NCBI GenBank assembly: GCA_951406725.2
Contig: OX597821.1
Span: 25,172,001 to 25,236,000, forward strand
Source: Octopus vulgaris
Lineage: Eukaryota
DNA length: 64,000 bases
Direction: 5' to 3'
The notes under the pieces are model-generated. The model had not been told where the DNA came from and made no database searches. It saw only the letters and a program-made list of their open reading frames with translations. A program made the position numbers and the translations under genes. Shown here piece after piece: positions 1-12,537 of this stretch (position 1 is its first letter; the number at the start of each line of letters is the position of its first letter).

Positions 1-49
1 AGTTAAGATCAGAAGCCATGAGAGCCACTGCCTGGTACTGCATCAGGGC

Positions 50-50
<1 letters not shown>

Positions 51-112
<62 letters not shown>

Positions 113-792
113 TTGCTATATTAGTTAGCAAGAATGTTATTCTGAGATTTGATGACAAGAAGCTCGCTTTGGATTCTTGTAGGCTACAGGATAGCACTTT
201 TCTACAGATCGATAATATGAGTCCAGTTCCAATATACTTCAGTATCTTGACGTAACAGATTGGGATGTTGTGCCAAGCGCACTTATTATCACAGGAACAA
301 TTGTCACCTTGGTCTTTCACACTCTCTTCATCGTTCTGGCTAGGTTTTGATTTTTCTCAGTTTTCACATTTTCTCTGATAGTCACTCGATTGCCAAATGA
401 TATTGCAATGTGTATGATCTTACACTGTTCGTTTCGTTTGTCTTCTTTGGTTATATCTGGTATTCTCGCTTCAGTAGTACTATCAATCATTATAGAGAAG
501 TCCCATGAAATCCTGTAATCATTACTCACCATAACAGCCTCTGGTTTGTATTCGCACCACTTTTTTGTCACTTTCAATCTACGTACTCTCTTTTACTCTC
601 TTTTACTTGTTTCAGTCATTTGACTGCGGCCATGCTGGAGCACCGCATTTAGTCGAGCAATTCGACCCCGGGACTTATTCTTTGTAAGCCCAGTACTTAT
701 TCTATCGGTCTCTTTTGCCGAACCGCTAAGTGACGGGGACGTAAACACACCAGCATAGGTTGTCAAGCGATGTTGGGGGGACAAACACAGAC

Positions 793-884
<92 letters not shown>

Positions 885-2400
885 GACAGGCTTCTTTCAG
901 TTTCCGTCTACCAAATCCACTCACAAGGCTTTGGTCGGCCCGAGGCTATAGCAGAAGACACTTGCCCAAGATGCCACGCAGTGGGACTGAACCCGGAACC
1001 ATGTGGTTGATTAGCAACTACTTACCACACAGCCACAACATCCGAATTTTTTTTACCAAAACAGTCATGCTTGCACTTATATTCTTTCTACTTAGCTTTC
1101 TGCATTCGCTTAAGAAATGGTTAATGTTTCGTCTCCTTTTCCACAGATTATACGATTGCTCTCTGAGTGTTGTCAATCTGTCTTTATCACATTCGTTCCA
1201 ATGGCTGAAAATTAGCGATGCACTTTCTTTATTCTGATACCCATCAATTAGCCACAATGAGCGTTCTTTACTTCTAGCATCCTCGGATTGTTGCATGGAC
1301 TGGCCACGTAATTCTTTCTTTTTCTTACTATATGTGCTGTCGTTCTTCGTTCTGTTCTTGAATTCTCCTACTGCGATTTTATGGATATTTCTAGCCCTCC
1401 GTTTAACAAGCAACTGCCTCCTTCCTTTCTTCGTAGGTGGAGCCAATCGTTTCTTTCTTTTAAAGTGGTGCGCATTTTGCATTGTGAGAAGCTTCTTAGT
1501 TCTTCTAATTCTTGATACTTTGTCTTTGTCCATTTTAGAAAAGAAGCAGAATATACTAGCATGACTCAATGTTTTCATTGCTTAGATAATATTCTCTCCA
1601 TTTAGTTTCAAATAGCTTCCAAATCCATCTCTTGTAGTCTTTGAGATTTTTCTTTCCATCACCCTATTGTCGAGCACTTCTACATGTTTGGATCCATCAT
1701 TATTTCTCAGCAATCTAATGATATCATCTTGTAGTTATTTTATACCATCAGATTTAATCTTTCGGCTTCTCTCCATAATTAAAACTGCACATTGATTTAC
1801 TCCAAACTGTAAACCAATATCTTTTCAGTTATTACATTTATCTTCCAAGATTTCTGTTGGATCTTTGTCCTTTGTTTTCCCGTCACTTTTAACCCCAAGA
1901 ATTTCTAGATGTTGTTATGTTTACCACATTTAATTTCGTTAACATCTTGTCCAGCTTCTTTACTTACTGATTTACGTGGTTCTCCTTCAGTTAGTGTTTG
2001 AATTAGTAATCTTTTTTCTTTCTCCAGTTCGTGTCTCTTTTAGCCATTGCAGTACGTTCCTTTCTTCTTCTGTAAAATCCTTTCCTTCACGAAGTAAAAT
2101 TGTTTTCATCTTGACTTTTATTTCTAGTCTGATGGTTTATTGGACTTTACTCTTTCTTGTTCAATTTCCTTTTCCTCTTCTACTTCGTAACTATGTTCTT
2201 CATCTTGCATTGTTTTTGGCGTTCTCTTCCTGCTCCAGCTGGGACAGTCACTGTCTTTTCATGATTAAATTTGTGTAGTCCACAAGTCTTTGTTCTATGA
2301 CAGAGAACTTGTCTCTCTATCCTTATTTTATAAATCCTTTTCGTGTATCCTGTTTTGGCGGGTCTGCTACTATAGTAACATTCCACTACAGTTTAGTTCA
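51..2400 (-). mobile_element. Degenerate, internally deleted R4/Dong-type (RLE) non-LTR retrotransposon with (TAA)n tail, split by a SINE at 584-1036
   Basis: Minus-strand fragments occur in the expected order: N-terminal MECYYSSRPAKTGYTKRIYKI (2180-2386), RT-thumb-like RRTKKLLTMQNAHH (~1400-1560), CCHC remnant INHFLSECRKL (~1100), RLE WDFSIMIDSTTEARIPDI...CKIIHIAI (317-577), then (TAA)n at 51-111. Confidence 0.8.
584..1036 (-). mobile_element. tRNA-derived SINE family A (CORE-like, octopus OR-type) with internal (TA)/(CA) microsatellite
   Basis: Sense strand has A box TGGCTGTGTGG, B box GGTTCAGTCCC, CORE-like CTTGGGCAAGTG and an AAGAGTAA-type tail; about 11 copies in the window. Confidence 0.9.
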
Positions 2401-2495
2401 CCTTCCTGATACGGGCGGTGCGTTTGTGTCCTTAAACAAGACACTTAATTTCAAGTTGCTCTGATCAGTATCACTAAAAATGAGTACCTGTTTAG

Positions 2496-2907
2496 TACTC
2501 TTTTACTCTTTTACTTGTTTCAGTCATTTGTCTGCGGCCATGCTGGAGCACCGCCTTTAGTCGAGCAAATCGACCCCGGGACTTATTCTTTGTAAGCCCA
2601 GTACTTATTCCATCGGTCTCTTTTGCCGAACCGCTAAGTGACGGGGACGTAAACACACCAGCATCGGTTGTCAAGCAATGCTAGGGGGACAAATACAGAC
2701 ACACAAACACACACACATATATATATACATATATACATATATACGACAGGCTTCTTTTCAGTTTCCGTCTATCAAATCCACTCACAAGGCATTGGTCGGC
2801 CCGGGGCTATAGCAGAAGACACTTGCCCAAGATGCCACGCAGTGGGACTGAACCCGGAACCATGTGGTTGGTTAGCAAGCTACTTACCACACAGCCACTC
2901 CTGCGCC
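2496..2907 (-). mobile_element. SINE family A, full length
   Basis: Near-identical to 584-1036 and includes the 5' end GGCGCAGGAGTGGC. Confidence 0.9.
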
Positions 2908-3214
2908 ACTAGTGCAGCCTTTCTTTACTTCCAGTTGCCACATCTTGGATCCCCCGTTCTATCAAATTAGGAGGGTCGACAAAGGCACGTGAAACAAGTC
3001 GCGAATGCATGGAACATGTTACCAGGTCATAATCACTTGCGAATGACGGCTATGGTTATGGCTTGGTTCACAGATACATTTTTACAGATATGCCATAATT
3101 TAAGGGCTGGCTGAAGGTACCGGCAACTGGGGCAGTCGCCCAGAGTGTTTCGTCATATATTTGGGTATGTTTCAAGAAATACAATGGGAAAAATATGAAG
3201 ATATTAAATATAAT

Positions 3215-3403
3215 AGGCACAAGCATGGCTATGTAATTCAGAAACTCGTTCGCAGCCACCTGTTTTTGAGTTCAATCCCATTGCGCGGTACTTGGGCAAA
3301 CCTCTTATACTATAACCCTGGGCCAAATAACGGCATGCTAGAAAATTTGGTAAATGGAAACTGCGTGGTTCGGTTCACAGACAATTCTTTACAGATATGC
3401 CAT

Positions 3404-3490
<87 letters not shown>

Positions 3491-3512
3491 GTATAAATGT
3501 GTGTGTGTATGC

Positions 3513-3561
<49 letters not shown>

Positions 3562-3720
3562 TTTGTGTTCGCGTTTGTCTCCGCTACCGCTTGACAACCG
3601 GTTCGGCAAAAAGAGACCGTGAGAATAAGTCGATTTGTTCGACTAAATCCTTGAAAGCGATGCCCCAGCATGGCCGCAGTCAAATGATTGAAACAACTAA
3701 AAGATGACAGATGAAAGATA
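3215..3720 (+). mobile_element. SINE family A, diverged copy
   Basis: Degenerate head, TTGGGCAA, GGTTCGGCAAAAAGAGACCG and CCAGCATGGCCGCAGTCAAATG blocks. Confidence 0.75.
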
Positions 3721-4506
3721 CTTTTAAGAAACTGTAATAAGCGCTTTATTCCTACAGGTTTTTCCTAAAGGTTTTTTAACCCAATATTTACACGCTATTA
3801 CTTATAGTTTTATCTGCTTCAAATTTCACCAGTCCAAAAATGAATTATTTCACGTTCGCTCGAAGTTTCTAAATTGTTATGAAGCCAACAATATACAATT
3901 GTCGTTGGTAATAATGAAGTTTCTAAAATGAGCATTTGCTTTGTCCAATGGTAGAACGTGTTGTGTTTACAGAAAGAGTAGTCCGAATCCAAGGACATCT
4001 TTTGACATTTTTATTTCCTTCAGAAAGGTTTTCTCTATACAGTGTCTACTCGCTAGAATGTGTGTGTGTCTGTGTGTTTTCTTCAGATTTTACTGTAGCA
4101 ACGTTAAACAGTTGTAAGAAGCAATTTGAGAGTTTAATAGCGAAGATCATTTTAAAGAGAAAAATTTATTCTAGAAGAAAATGATTTTTTTAAAAAATAA
4201 TTTAATTTTACATACACATTTTAGAATATGAAGATAAAACATAAATATTTATTTATCAGATGGTTTAGTACGATAAAATTGTGTCACCTTTTCGACTTTT
4301 TCAGTTCTGTCAATCAATGAGAGATTAGAACAGGTGACTTCGTGACCGAAGGAAACGGACGTTGACACCGGCTTCATATACATTTTCCAAAGACATCAAT
4401 AACCTCAATGAAGATAGAAAAGGTGTTTGTAGACTCAATTGTACGAGGTTTTTTTGGGGGGTTTTTTTTTGTGAGTGAGTGAGTGAGTGAGTGAGTGAGT
4501 GAGTGA

Positions 4507-4551
<45 letters not shown>

Positions 4552-4647
4552 CGTGTGTTTGTGCGTGATTAGGAAACATTCGTTTCGTAACAACCTCCTT
4601 TGTCACATTTACTCCTCATGCGCTCCTACTTTCTCTCTTTATTTCCC

Positions 4648-4680
<33 letters not shown>

Positions 4681-5267
4681 CACCCCCCCTCTCTCTCTCT
4701 CCCAATTTCTCCCCATTAACCCACAAGAAATGTTTGCTTAAAACTAGATCCACTACACTCTGCGTGCAAGAAATGTTGAAAACTTTAACGTCAGTAAAAC
4801 TTTTGGTTGTGTTCGGCATGAGAAACTCCCAGAAACTTTGCAGCATTCGCTGGCAAGGCAATCTCCGTCTCTCCCTCCAATCCACTCTTTGAATCTTGAT
4901 GTATTCCAATGATCTTCCTTCTCTACATTAATTACTTACTTGCTACTAGTTCTTACTTCTAACAACATATAATCCTCCTATGCAGATGGCACTATCCATT
5001 ACGTCTTTAACCTACGTCCACTGATGTTAGAGCTGCGGAGCAGAGACCTGGAACAACGGGTCCAGAAAAAAAATAGTAAAAGACACAGATACAGATGTAA
5101 ACACATACACAGATAGGGATACATACGTACCACAGAAAGACATAATGGAATAGACAGAAAAAGACCAGAGAGGTGGAGATACGATCGTTGAAGAGGTAAC
5201 AGAATGTGTGACGAAAGAATTCTGACAAATAGAATAAGTAACAATTACATCAACAACAACGACAACC

Positions 5268-5322
<55 letters not shown>

Positions 5323-5323
<1 letters not shown>

Positions 5324-5638
5324 CCTTTCTACTATCGGCACAAGGCCTGGAATTTGGGGGAAGGGTGATAGTCGATTCATCGACTCCAGTTCTCAGCTGG
5401 TACTTATTTTATCGACGCCGAAAGTTTGAAAGGCAAAATCGATCTCGGCAGAATTTGAACTCAGAACGTAAAGACAAACGAAATACCTATTTCTTTACTG
5501 CCCACAAGGGGCTACACACAGAGGGGACAAACAAGGACAGGCAAACGGATCAAGTCGATTATATCGACCCCAGTGCGTAACTGGTACTTATTTAATCGAC
5601 CCCGAAAGGATGAAAGGCAAAGTCGACCTCGGCGGAAT
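5323..5638 (-). mobile_element. tRNA-derived SINE family B (Meta-domain-like), dimeric and 5'-truncated, (ATT)n tail
   Basis: GAGTTCAAATTC B box and GCCTTTCATCCTTTCGGGGTCGA domain; module junction at 5486/5487; tail repeat 5268-5322. Confidence 0.85.
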
Positions 5639-5963
5639 ACATATAGCATTGAACCTCATCATTATCCTGGGAGCTGCAGAATGTAGTTTTCAGAGTGGCA
5701 TATTGATCGTGAGTCACAGTTTGACCATCTGTTTCAGTCACTAGACTGAATGACCTTATAATTAATCGTATTATAAATGAGTGCTTTATTACCTGAGCAA
5801 TCATACTGAACAGGTGTGGTTGACCGAGTTAAGAAAAGGGAAGTTTCAACCGTGTAACGTAATGGAAAGGTTTATACACATGGTAGTGCTGGTGGTGGTG
5901 GTGGTGGTGGTGGTGGTGGTGTGTGTGTGTGTGTGTAAAGTAAACTAAAAATTTCAAGAATTA

Positions 5964-6121
5964 GGCGCAGGAGTGGCTGTGTGGTAAGTAGCTTGCTTAC
6001 CAACCACATGGTTCCAGGTTCATTCCCACTGCGTGGCACCTTGGGCTAGTGTCTTCTACTATAGCCTTGGGCCGACCAAAGCCTTGTGAGTGGATTTGGT
6101 AGACGGAAACTACACACACAC

Positions 6122-6167
<46 letters not shown>

Positions 6168-6386
6168 GTGTGTGTCTGTGTTTGTGTGTCTGTGTTTGTC
6201 CCACCAACATCGCTTGACAACCGATGCTGGTGTGTTTACGTCCCCGTAACTTAGCGGTTCGGCAAAAGAGACCGATAGAATAAGTACTAGGCTTCCAAAG
6301 TATAAGTCCTGGGGTCGATTTGCTCGACTAAAGGCGGTGCTCCAGCATGGCCGCAGACTGAAACAAGTAAAAGAAGAGTAAAAGAG
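5964..6386 (+). mobile_element. SINE family A, full length
   Basis: Runs from GGCGCAGGAGTGGCTGTGTGG to ACAAGTAAAAGAAGAG. Confidence 0.9.
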
Positions 6387-7393
6387 AAATTGAGTTGTCA
6401 TCAATACGACGAACCAGTGAGAGCATGAATTCCTACACCGCCAAGTAGTGGCACAGGAGGAGCTTGAGAGTGCCCGGAGTCAAACATTTTTGGGTCTCCC
6501 ACCTTAATTGATAGATATGATAGGCTAGAGAAAATTTTCACATACGCGTCCAGGACGACCCCTCTCCCACTACTTCGATCTACCCTTGCTATGCGGCCAT
6601 TCAAGTTGCTAGAAATGGTAGCAAAAATCTCCCATTGCTGAAACCCAACATTCTTCGACAAAGAAAGTCGTATAGTTTAAGATGGTTTGGTAATTGTTTA
6701 AATGATTTCGATCGAAGCGTTCTTCAGTGAAGTTTGGTGTGGTTTTGGACAACGACCTGATACTTAAAGAAGCCGTTTATAAGAACTTTTGGTGACCAAA
6801 TTCTCACGAATCACGCCTTTCCGAATGAAGAAATAAAAACGAAGGGTTCGAAAATCAAATGGGATGGTCATGGTTTGGAGAGAAGGTGAAAGGTGTTATG
6901 TAGTTATGTATGGAACTGGAACGAATTGAAATTTATTATGCAGAAAAATTATACGGAAATGAATCTTTAAAATATGATAAAACAATAATTAAAACAGTAT
7001 AGTTAGATTTTTAAAAAGTTAAAACTCTATTTGTGTTGATCATGGTACTCATTCACGTTCGCGATTATGCTTCCATCCTCCTAACTTCGTGTATTGTTCA
7101 TGCTCAGAGATTCCAAACTCTTCTGTGGGGAGTTCTTGCATTATATTGAGCGAGTGTCGGACCCACCTTCCCGGACAAAACTCCCTTAAAAAAAAAAAAA
7201 ACTAGGAAAAAACACCTGAGGATAAAACCTCTTAGGAAAAAACAAACAAACAAAACAAGCAATTTTTAAATTATAATTTTTATTCTTATTATTTCTAGTT
7301 TATGAACATTTCTCTGAAATGTAAAATATTACATTAGCTATATAATAACCAATAATAAATCTCTGAACGAGGTATAAACAGTAACTGCACGAC

Positions 7394-7790
7394 AATGTAA
7401 GGTATACTTGCCATCTCAATATGGTTAACCACTAAGGGTGGGTGTTACTGTAGCTTGTAGCCCCAGGAGTACATCGTCTCCAGCTGGCTTTAGGCACACT
7501 TTCTGTGCTCTTATGGTATTTGCAAAGGGAGGTCATCCTTCCCTCAGGGACTCCTTTCATCGAAAACCGGTGATTGTCGTACGCTGAGAACAGGCCAATA
7601 CCTAGAAACTGCAGTCCGTGCGTATCACTTAGGTTGACGAGGGAAGGATAACCTCCCTTTGCAAATACCATAAGGGCACAGAAAGTGTGCCTAAGGCTTG
7701 CTGGAGACGATGTTCTCCTGGGGCTACAAGCTACAGTAACACCCACCCTTAGTGGTTAGCTATATTAAGATGGCAAGTGTACCTCACATT
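7394..7790. repeat. Long inverted repeat / foldback MITE (~150-bp arms, ~90-bp spacer)
   Basis: 7394-~7545 is the reverse complement of ~7639-7790, with about 11 mismatches by eye. Confidence 0.9.
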
Positions 7791-8395
7791 ATATAATAAC
7801 CCCAATCACAAAAATAAAATCACATAATAAAAAGAACATCGTGATGTATCTTTGAAAAATTAAAACAATCACAAAATAGAAAACCTCATTAAGTGGTTTT
7901 ATATATATTCACGTCCTCTTATTCCTTTCTTTTTCCTGAGCGTTATGGATCTAGTTTTTTTCATTCGCAAAATATACTTTTTGTAGAAGAAAGTAAAAAA
8001 ATTTGAAAATTGGCTATAATAATGTAGCATTCCACTCACATTGCTTTGAATGTATGATGTTATGGAGAAAAAAAATCGGAGGAAAAAGTTACAGAAGTTT
8101 AAAAATAGAAGAAACTGGGTATTTTTAGCCAATAGCGAGAAAAAATATTCTGCGTTTAGCGTAGGGGTGTCAACTTTAAGGTTGTACCCCGTGAAATGTA
8201 GCGTCTGACTTCTTCATTGTAGGTTTGTAAATAAACAGAAATACCTAATAAAATCAACATGTATCATCTGGATACATCTTATTTATTGATTGTATTCAGA
8301 GTTGCATCGATACACCAAAATTGAAAGCGATCTGAGCAAAATTAAGGGAGGAGGCTCATTTTGCGAACGCGAAAGTCTAGATCCATATATATATA

Positions 8396-8623
8396 TACTC
8401 TTTTACTCTTTTACTTGTTTCAGTCATTTGACTGCGGCCATGCCGGAGCACCGCCTTTAGTCGAGCAACTCGACCTCGGGTCCTATTCTTTGTAAGCCCA
8501 GTACTTATTTTATCGGTCTCTTTTGCCGAACCGCTAAGTGACGGGGACATAAACACACCAGCATCGGTTGTCAAGCAATGCTAGGAGGACAAACACATAC
8601 ACACACACACACACACAAACACT

Positions 8624-8686
<63 letters not shown>

Positions 8687-8842
8687 GACGGGCTTCTTTC
8701 AGTTTCCGTCAACCAAATCCACTCACAAGGATTTGGTCGGCCCGAGGCTATAGTAGAAGACACTCGCCCAAGGTGCCACGCAGTGTGACTGAACCCGGAA
8801 CCATGTGGTTGGTAAGCAAGCTTCTTACCACACAGCCACTCC

Positions 8843-8845
<3 letters not shown>
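8396..8845 (-). mobile_element. SINE family A, full length
   Basis: Same blocks as 2496-2907. Confidence 0.9.
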
Positions 8846-8880
<35 letters not shown>

Positions 8881-8968
8881 CATACATACACACATACATA
8901 CATACATACATACATACATACATACATACATACATACATACATACATACATACATACATACATACATA

Positions 8969-9245
8969 CAATTGCAATGTGGAAGGTGTTTGTAAGCCAT
9001 TTAAAAACACACAAAAAAAAACCTTTGAGTCACTTCAATATTCAATGTACTTTGTCAAAATATTTTCGTCATTTTGAAACCGCAACCTGACGAAAATATT
9101 TTGACAATATAAATTTAAAAGTTGAAGTAAATCTAACGGTTTTGTGTGTTTTTAAATGGCTTACAAAAACTTTCTACGCTGCAGTTGTTTTTGTTTTGGC
9201 ACAGGATCTCAGATCTAGACACTTACTATGCAAGTACATCTCCGT
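8969..9245 (+). mobile_element. PLE remnant: inverted pLTR arms plus 3' tail, between microsatellites
   Basis: Arms ~8969-9070 and ~9098-9188 are inverted; HHR-like stem II plus GAAA-ATAT-TT remnant; unique tail to 9245 then (TA)n. Confidence 0.6.
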
Positions 9246-9249
9246 AATA

Positions 9250-9305
<56 letters not shown>

Positions 9306-9306
<1 letters not shown>

Positions 9307-10581
9307 GAGGGGCGTTCAATAAGTAATGCCCCTGACCCACTTCCCATAGCAGTAGAGCAACGAAACTTGGCACAGTTATTAGTCTTTTTCTACATAGGAA
9401 CCACCCAGAGTTACGCATTTCTCCCATTGTTTGATGCAGCTCTGGAGACCGTTTTTGTAGAAGACCCCAGCTTGGTCCTCCAACCTGAACGTGACTTCAG
9501 AAATCAAGGCTGCATCATCTGGGACACGCTTTCCTTTCAAAAACAACTTCATGACTGCGAAGAGGTGAAAATCAGAGGGTGCAAGGTCAGGAAAGTAGGG
9601 GGATGGGGAGGAGTTCATAGCCATACGCCTGTGCTTCTGATCTGGCGACAAGCGAGTTGTGGACCGGAGCGTTGTCCTGCAGGAGGAGGATGTCTTTGCT
9701 GATCTTGCCCCGCCTCTTGATTTTGATAACTTCTCTTAATTTCCTCAAAAGTGAAGCATAATAGGCTCCTGCAATTGTGGTACCCTTTGCCAGGAAATCT
9801 GTCATCACTACTCCGTCCTGGTCCCAGAAGACTGTGAGCATGACCTTGCCAGCGGAGGGCTGCACCCTTGCCTTCTTTGGAGGGGGTGAGTCACGGTGCT
9901 TCCACTGCATTGACTGGGCTTTGGTCTCTGGATCATCGTGATGGACCCAGGTTTCATCCTGTGTGATCAGTCTTTTGAAAAATTTTGACTCATCTTCTTG
10001 GCACATCTCCAAATTCACCCTCGAGCACTCGACGCGTTCTTGCTTCTGGAAAGGCGTGAGCAACCTGGGAATCCATCTGGCAGACATCTTTTGCATATGC
10101 AAATGGTCATGAATGATAGTTTCCACAGACCCGGTACTAATCTTGACCTCATGGGCTATTTGGCGAATAATTATGCGTCGATCTTCCAAAATGGCAGCCT
10201 CAACTTGACGGACAGATGCCTCATCAATGGCAGAAGGGGCGACCAGATCTGGGAGCTGTTTCCACAGAGTTCCGACCATGTTTGAATTCACGATGCCAGC
10301 GTTTTACAAGGTCATATGATGGGGCATCATCACCATAAGTTACTTTCATTTCATCAAAAGTCTCCCGTGGTGTGCGTCCTTTCAAATGCAAAAACCGGAT
10401 CACTGCTCGACACTCAACAGGCTCCATTTCACACTTGACTCGGTTCAAACACCTGTAAATCAGAAACCACAATTAATTCAGAGCTGTAATTTGCCACTTA
10501 CTCTATAGAGATATAAATGATTGCACAGCTAGATCCAACAACTGCAAGTGGGTCAGAGGTATTACTTATTGGACGTCCCTC

Positions 10582-10582
<1 letters not shown>
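9306..10582 (-). mobile_element. Full-length mariner transposon (irritans-like), 1277 bp, in (TA)n
   Basis: TIRs CGAGGGGCGTTCAATAAGTAATGCCCCTGACCCACTT / AAGTGGGTCAGAGGTATTACTTATTGGACGTCCCTCG, with TA on both sides. Confidence 0.95.
9379..10427 (-). pseudogene. Mariner DD34D transposase with two frameshifts (~10230, ~9600)
   Basis: MEPVECRAVIRFL..RSGRP, WIPRLL, ITQDETW, QDNAPVH and PDLAPSDFHLF are spread over three frames. Confidence 0.93.
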
Positions 10583-10634
<52 letters not shown>

Positions 10635-10637
<3 letters not shown>

Positions 10638-11465
10638 GGTCAGGCAAAATGATCTGACACATTTGTAGGTTAAATAAAAGGCAAATGAAGTAAAGAAACA
10701 AAAAAGTGTTTTTATTTTTGAAAAGTACATATAATGCCATTTTGTTTCATTATGTTTTAAAAATTAAATCAGTCAAATGGGATCCATTATTGTCCACACA
10801 CTGTCGAAGGCGTTCACGAAAGTTGTCAATAACTTGGCGGGTCATTTCATGTGGAATGGCAGTAATTTCTTGACGAATTGCATCTTTAAGTTGTTCAATA
10901 GATCGAGGGCGATTAATGTATACCTTTGACTTGAGGTATCTCCAGAGAAAAAAATCGCACGGATTTAAATCAGGTGAAGATCATTGTGAAGATCATTGAA
11001 GATCATTCTGAAGAATTCTTCGCAAACTTCTTTCGGAAAGTCTAAGAGCCTGGGCGCGTTTAAATGTGGAAGGCGTGGAGACTGTTGAACTGAAGCTCTT
11101 ACCGCTGCCACATTTTCTGGAGTTCTGGCGGTGCGAGGTCGGCCGGTTGATTTTCGTTTCAATGCAGATCCAGTAGCTCTGAAGTTGGTAACCCATAACA
11201 AGATCGTGTTTCGAGCTGGTACGGGATCATGTCTACCAAGATTGAAATGCAAACGGAACGCTCTTTGTGTTGCAGTTACAGAATCGTTTGTTTTGATAAA
11301 CGTTTCCACAATGAAAGCGCGATGCTCACCAGTCCAATTCATGGCAGCAACTGAAAAAGAAACGAAAAACAATGGCATTATATGTACTTTTCAAAAATAA
11401 AAACACTTTTTTGTTTCTTTACTTCATTTGCCTTTTATTTATGTGTCAGATCATTTTGCCTGACC

Positions 11466-11468
<3 letters not shown>
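10635..11468 (-). mobile_element. Internally deleted Tc1/mariner element (maT/DD37D-like) with ~100-bp TIRs
   Basis: TIRs CAGGGTCAGGCAAAATGATCTGACAC...GTACATATAATGCCATT at both ends; N-terminus MNWTGEHRAFIVETF..STGRPRT (ATG 11342) is fused to C-terminal DLNPCDFFLWRYLKSKVY; catalytic middle missing. Confidence 0.9.
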
Positions 11469-11548
<80 letters not shown>

Positions 11549-11603
11549 ATATATATATATATATATGTATATATGTAGGTATGTATGCATGTATGTATAT
11601 ATG

Positions 11604-11677
<74 letters not shown>

Positions 11678-11681
<4 letters not shown>

Positions 11682-11862
11682 ATAAGGAGGCAGTCAAAAT
11701 TTTAGATAATTTTTATTAGCGCTTTCCTTCGTTTATCGAAATCGTCTGATTTTTCCGTGACGAGGTCGATAAACGATTGAAAGCGCTAATTAGGAATTAT
11801 CCAAAATTCTGACTCCCTCCTTTTTCTCAATATACAAAATCTGTACACCACTTCGAACACTC
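11678..11862 (+). mobile_element. PLE remnant: inverted pLTR with degenerate hammerhead
   Basis: Arms ~11686-11739 and ~11766-11820 are inverted; GTGACGA-GGTCG-ATAAA-CGATT-GAAA-GCGC-TA at 11757-11788; (TA)n on the left. Confidence 0.7.
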
Positions 11863-12014
11863 CATCCATCCATCCATCCATCCATCCATCCATCTATTCA
11901 TACATACATATATACATACATACATACATACAAACATACATACACACAAACACATATATATGCATATGTATATATATATGTGTATTTGTATATATATATG
12001 TGTATTTGTATATT

Positions 12015-12058
<44 letters not shown>

Positions 12059-12429
12059 TTATAAATTGAGATAGGGGTTGAAAATTCAACCCACCATGGG
12101 ATAATATATATCCAATATACTGCTAGATAGGTACCCAACAAAATTAATACATAGATGTTAAAAATTGTCAAACAATCAGTTCATCTATTGTATTATATGG
12201 GTAAAGGTAATAATATTACCGTAAATTAATACTACAAAATTAGAGAATGGAGAAACATACTTAAATCAGTAAAACATCAACTATCCGATGATACTCAATC
12301 CATACTTTAATACACCATTACATATGAGTAAAGGCAATATATAAAATGAAATGAGATATACAGTAATAGTAAAAAGATAAAGAGATATAAGTAAAAAATT
12401 TCAAATATAATATGCAAATAAATCAAAAA

Positions 12430-12537
12430 CTGACAGCTGTTTCGGCAGTGAGGGCAGTCATACCTCATTTAACCTATAAGCCATAAAGGCAGGTATAAAT
12501 GAGGCATTAACAAGGATGCCCCACGGCCTCTTCAGAG
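12430..12537 (-). ncRNA. Type I hammerhead ribozyme with extended stem II
   Basis: CUGAAGA (12535-12529), GGC...GCC stem II (12528-12444), GAAA, CAGCUG palindrome, UC^; predicted cleavage at 12432/12431. Confidence 0.8.

Noticed and set aside
4304-4450. Possible exon after TTTTTCAG
   Set aside because: All three frames from the acceptor hit stops quickly and downstream donors are weak
12444-12528. SECIS interpretation of the long HHR stem II
   Set aside because: AUGA lies on the 3' side of the helix and no matching GA quartet or apical AA is seen
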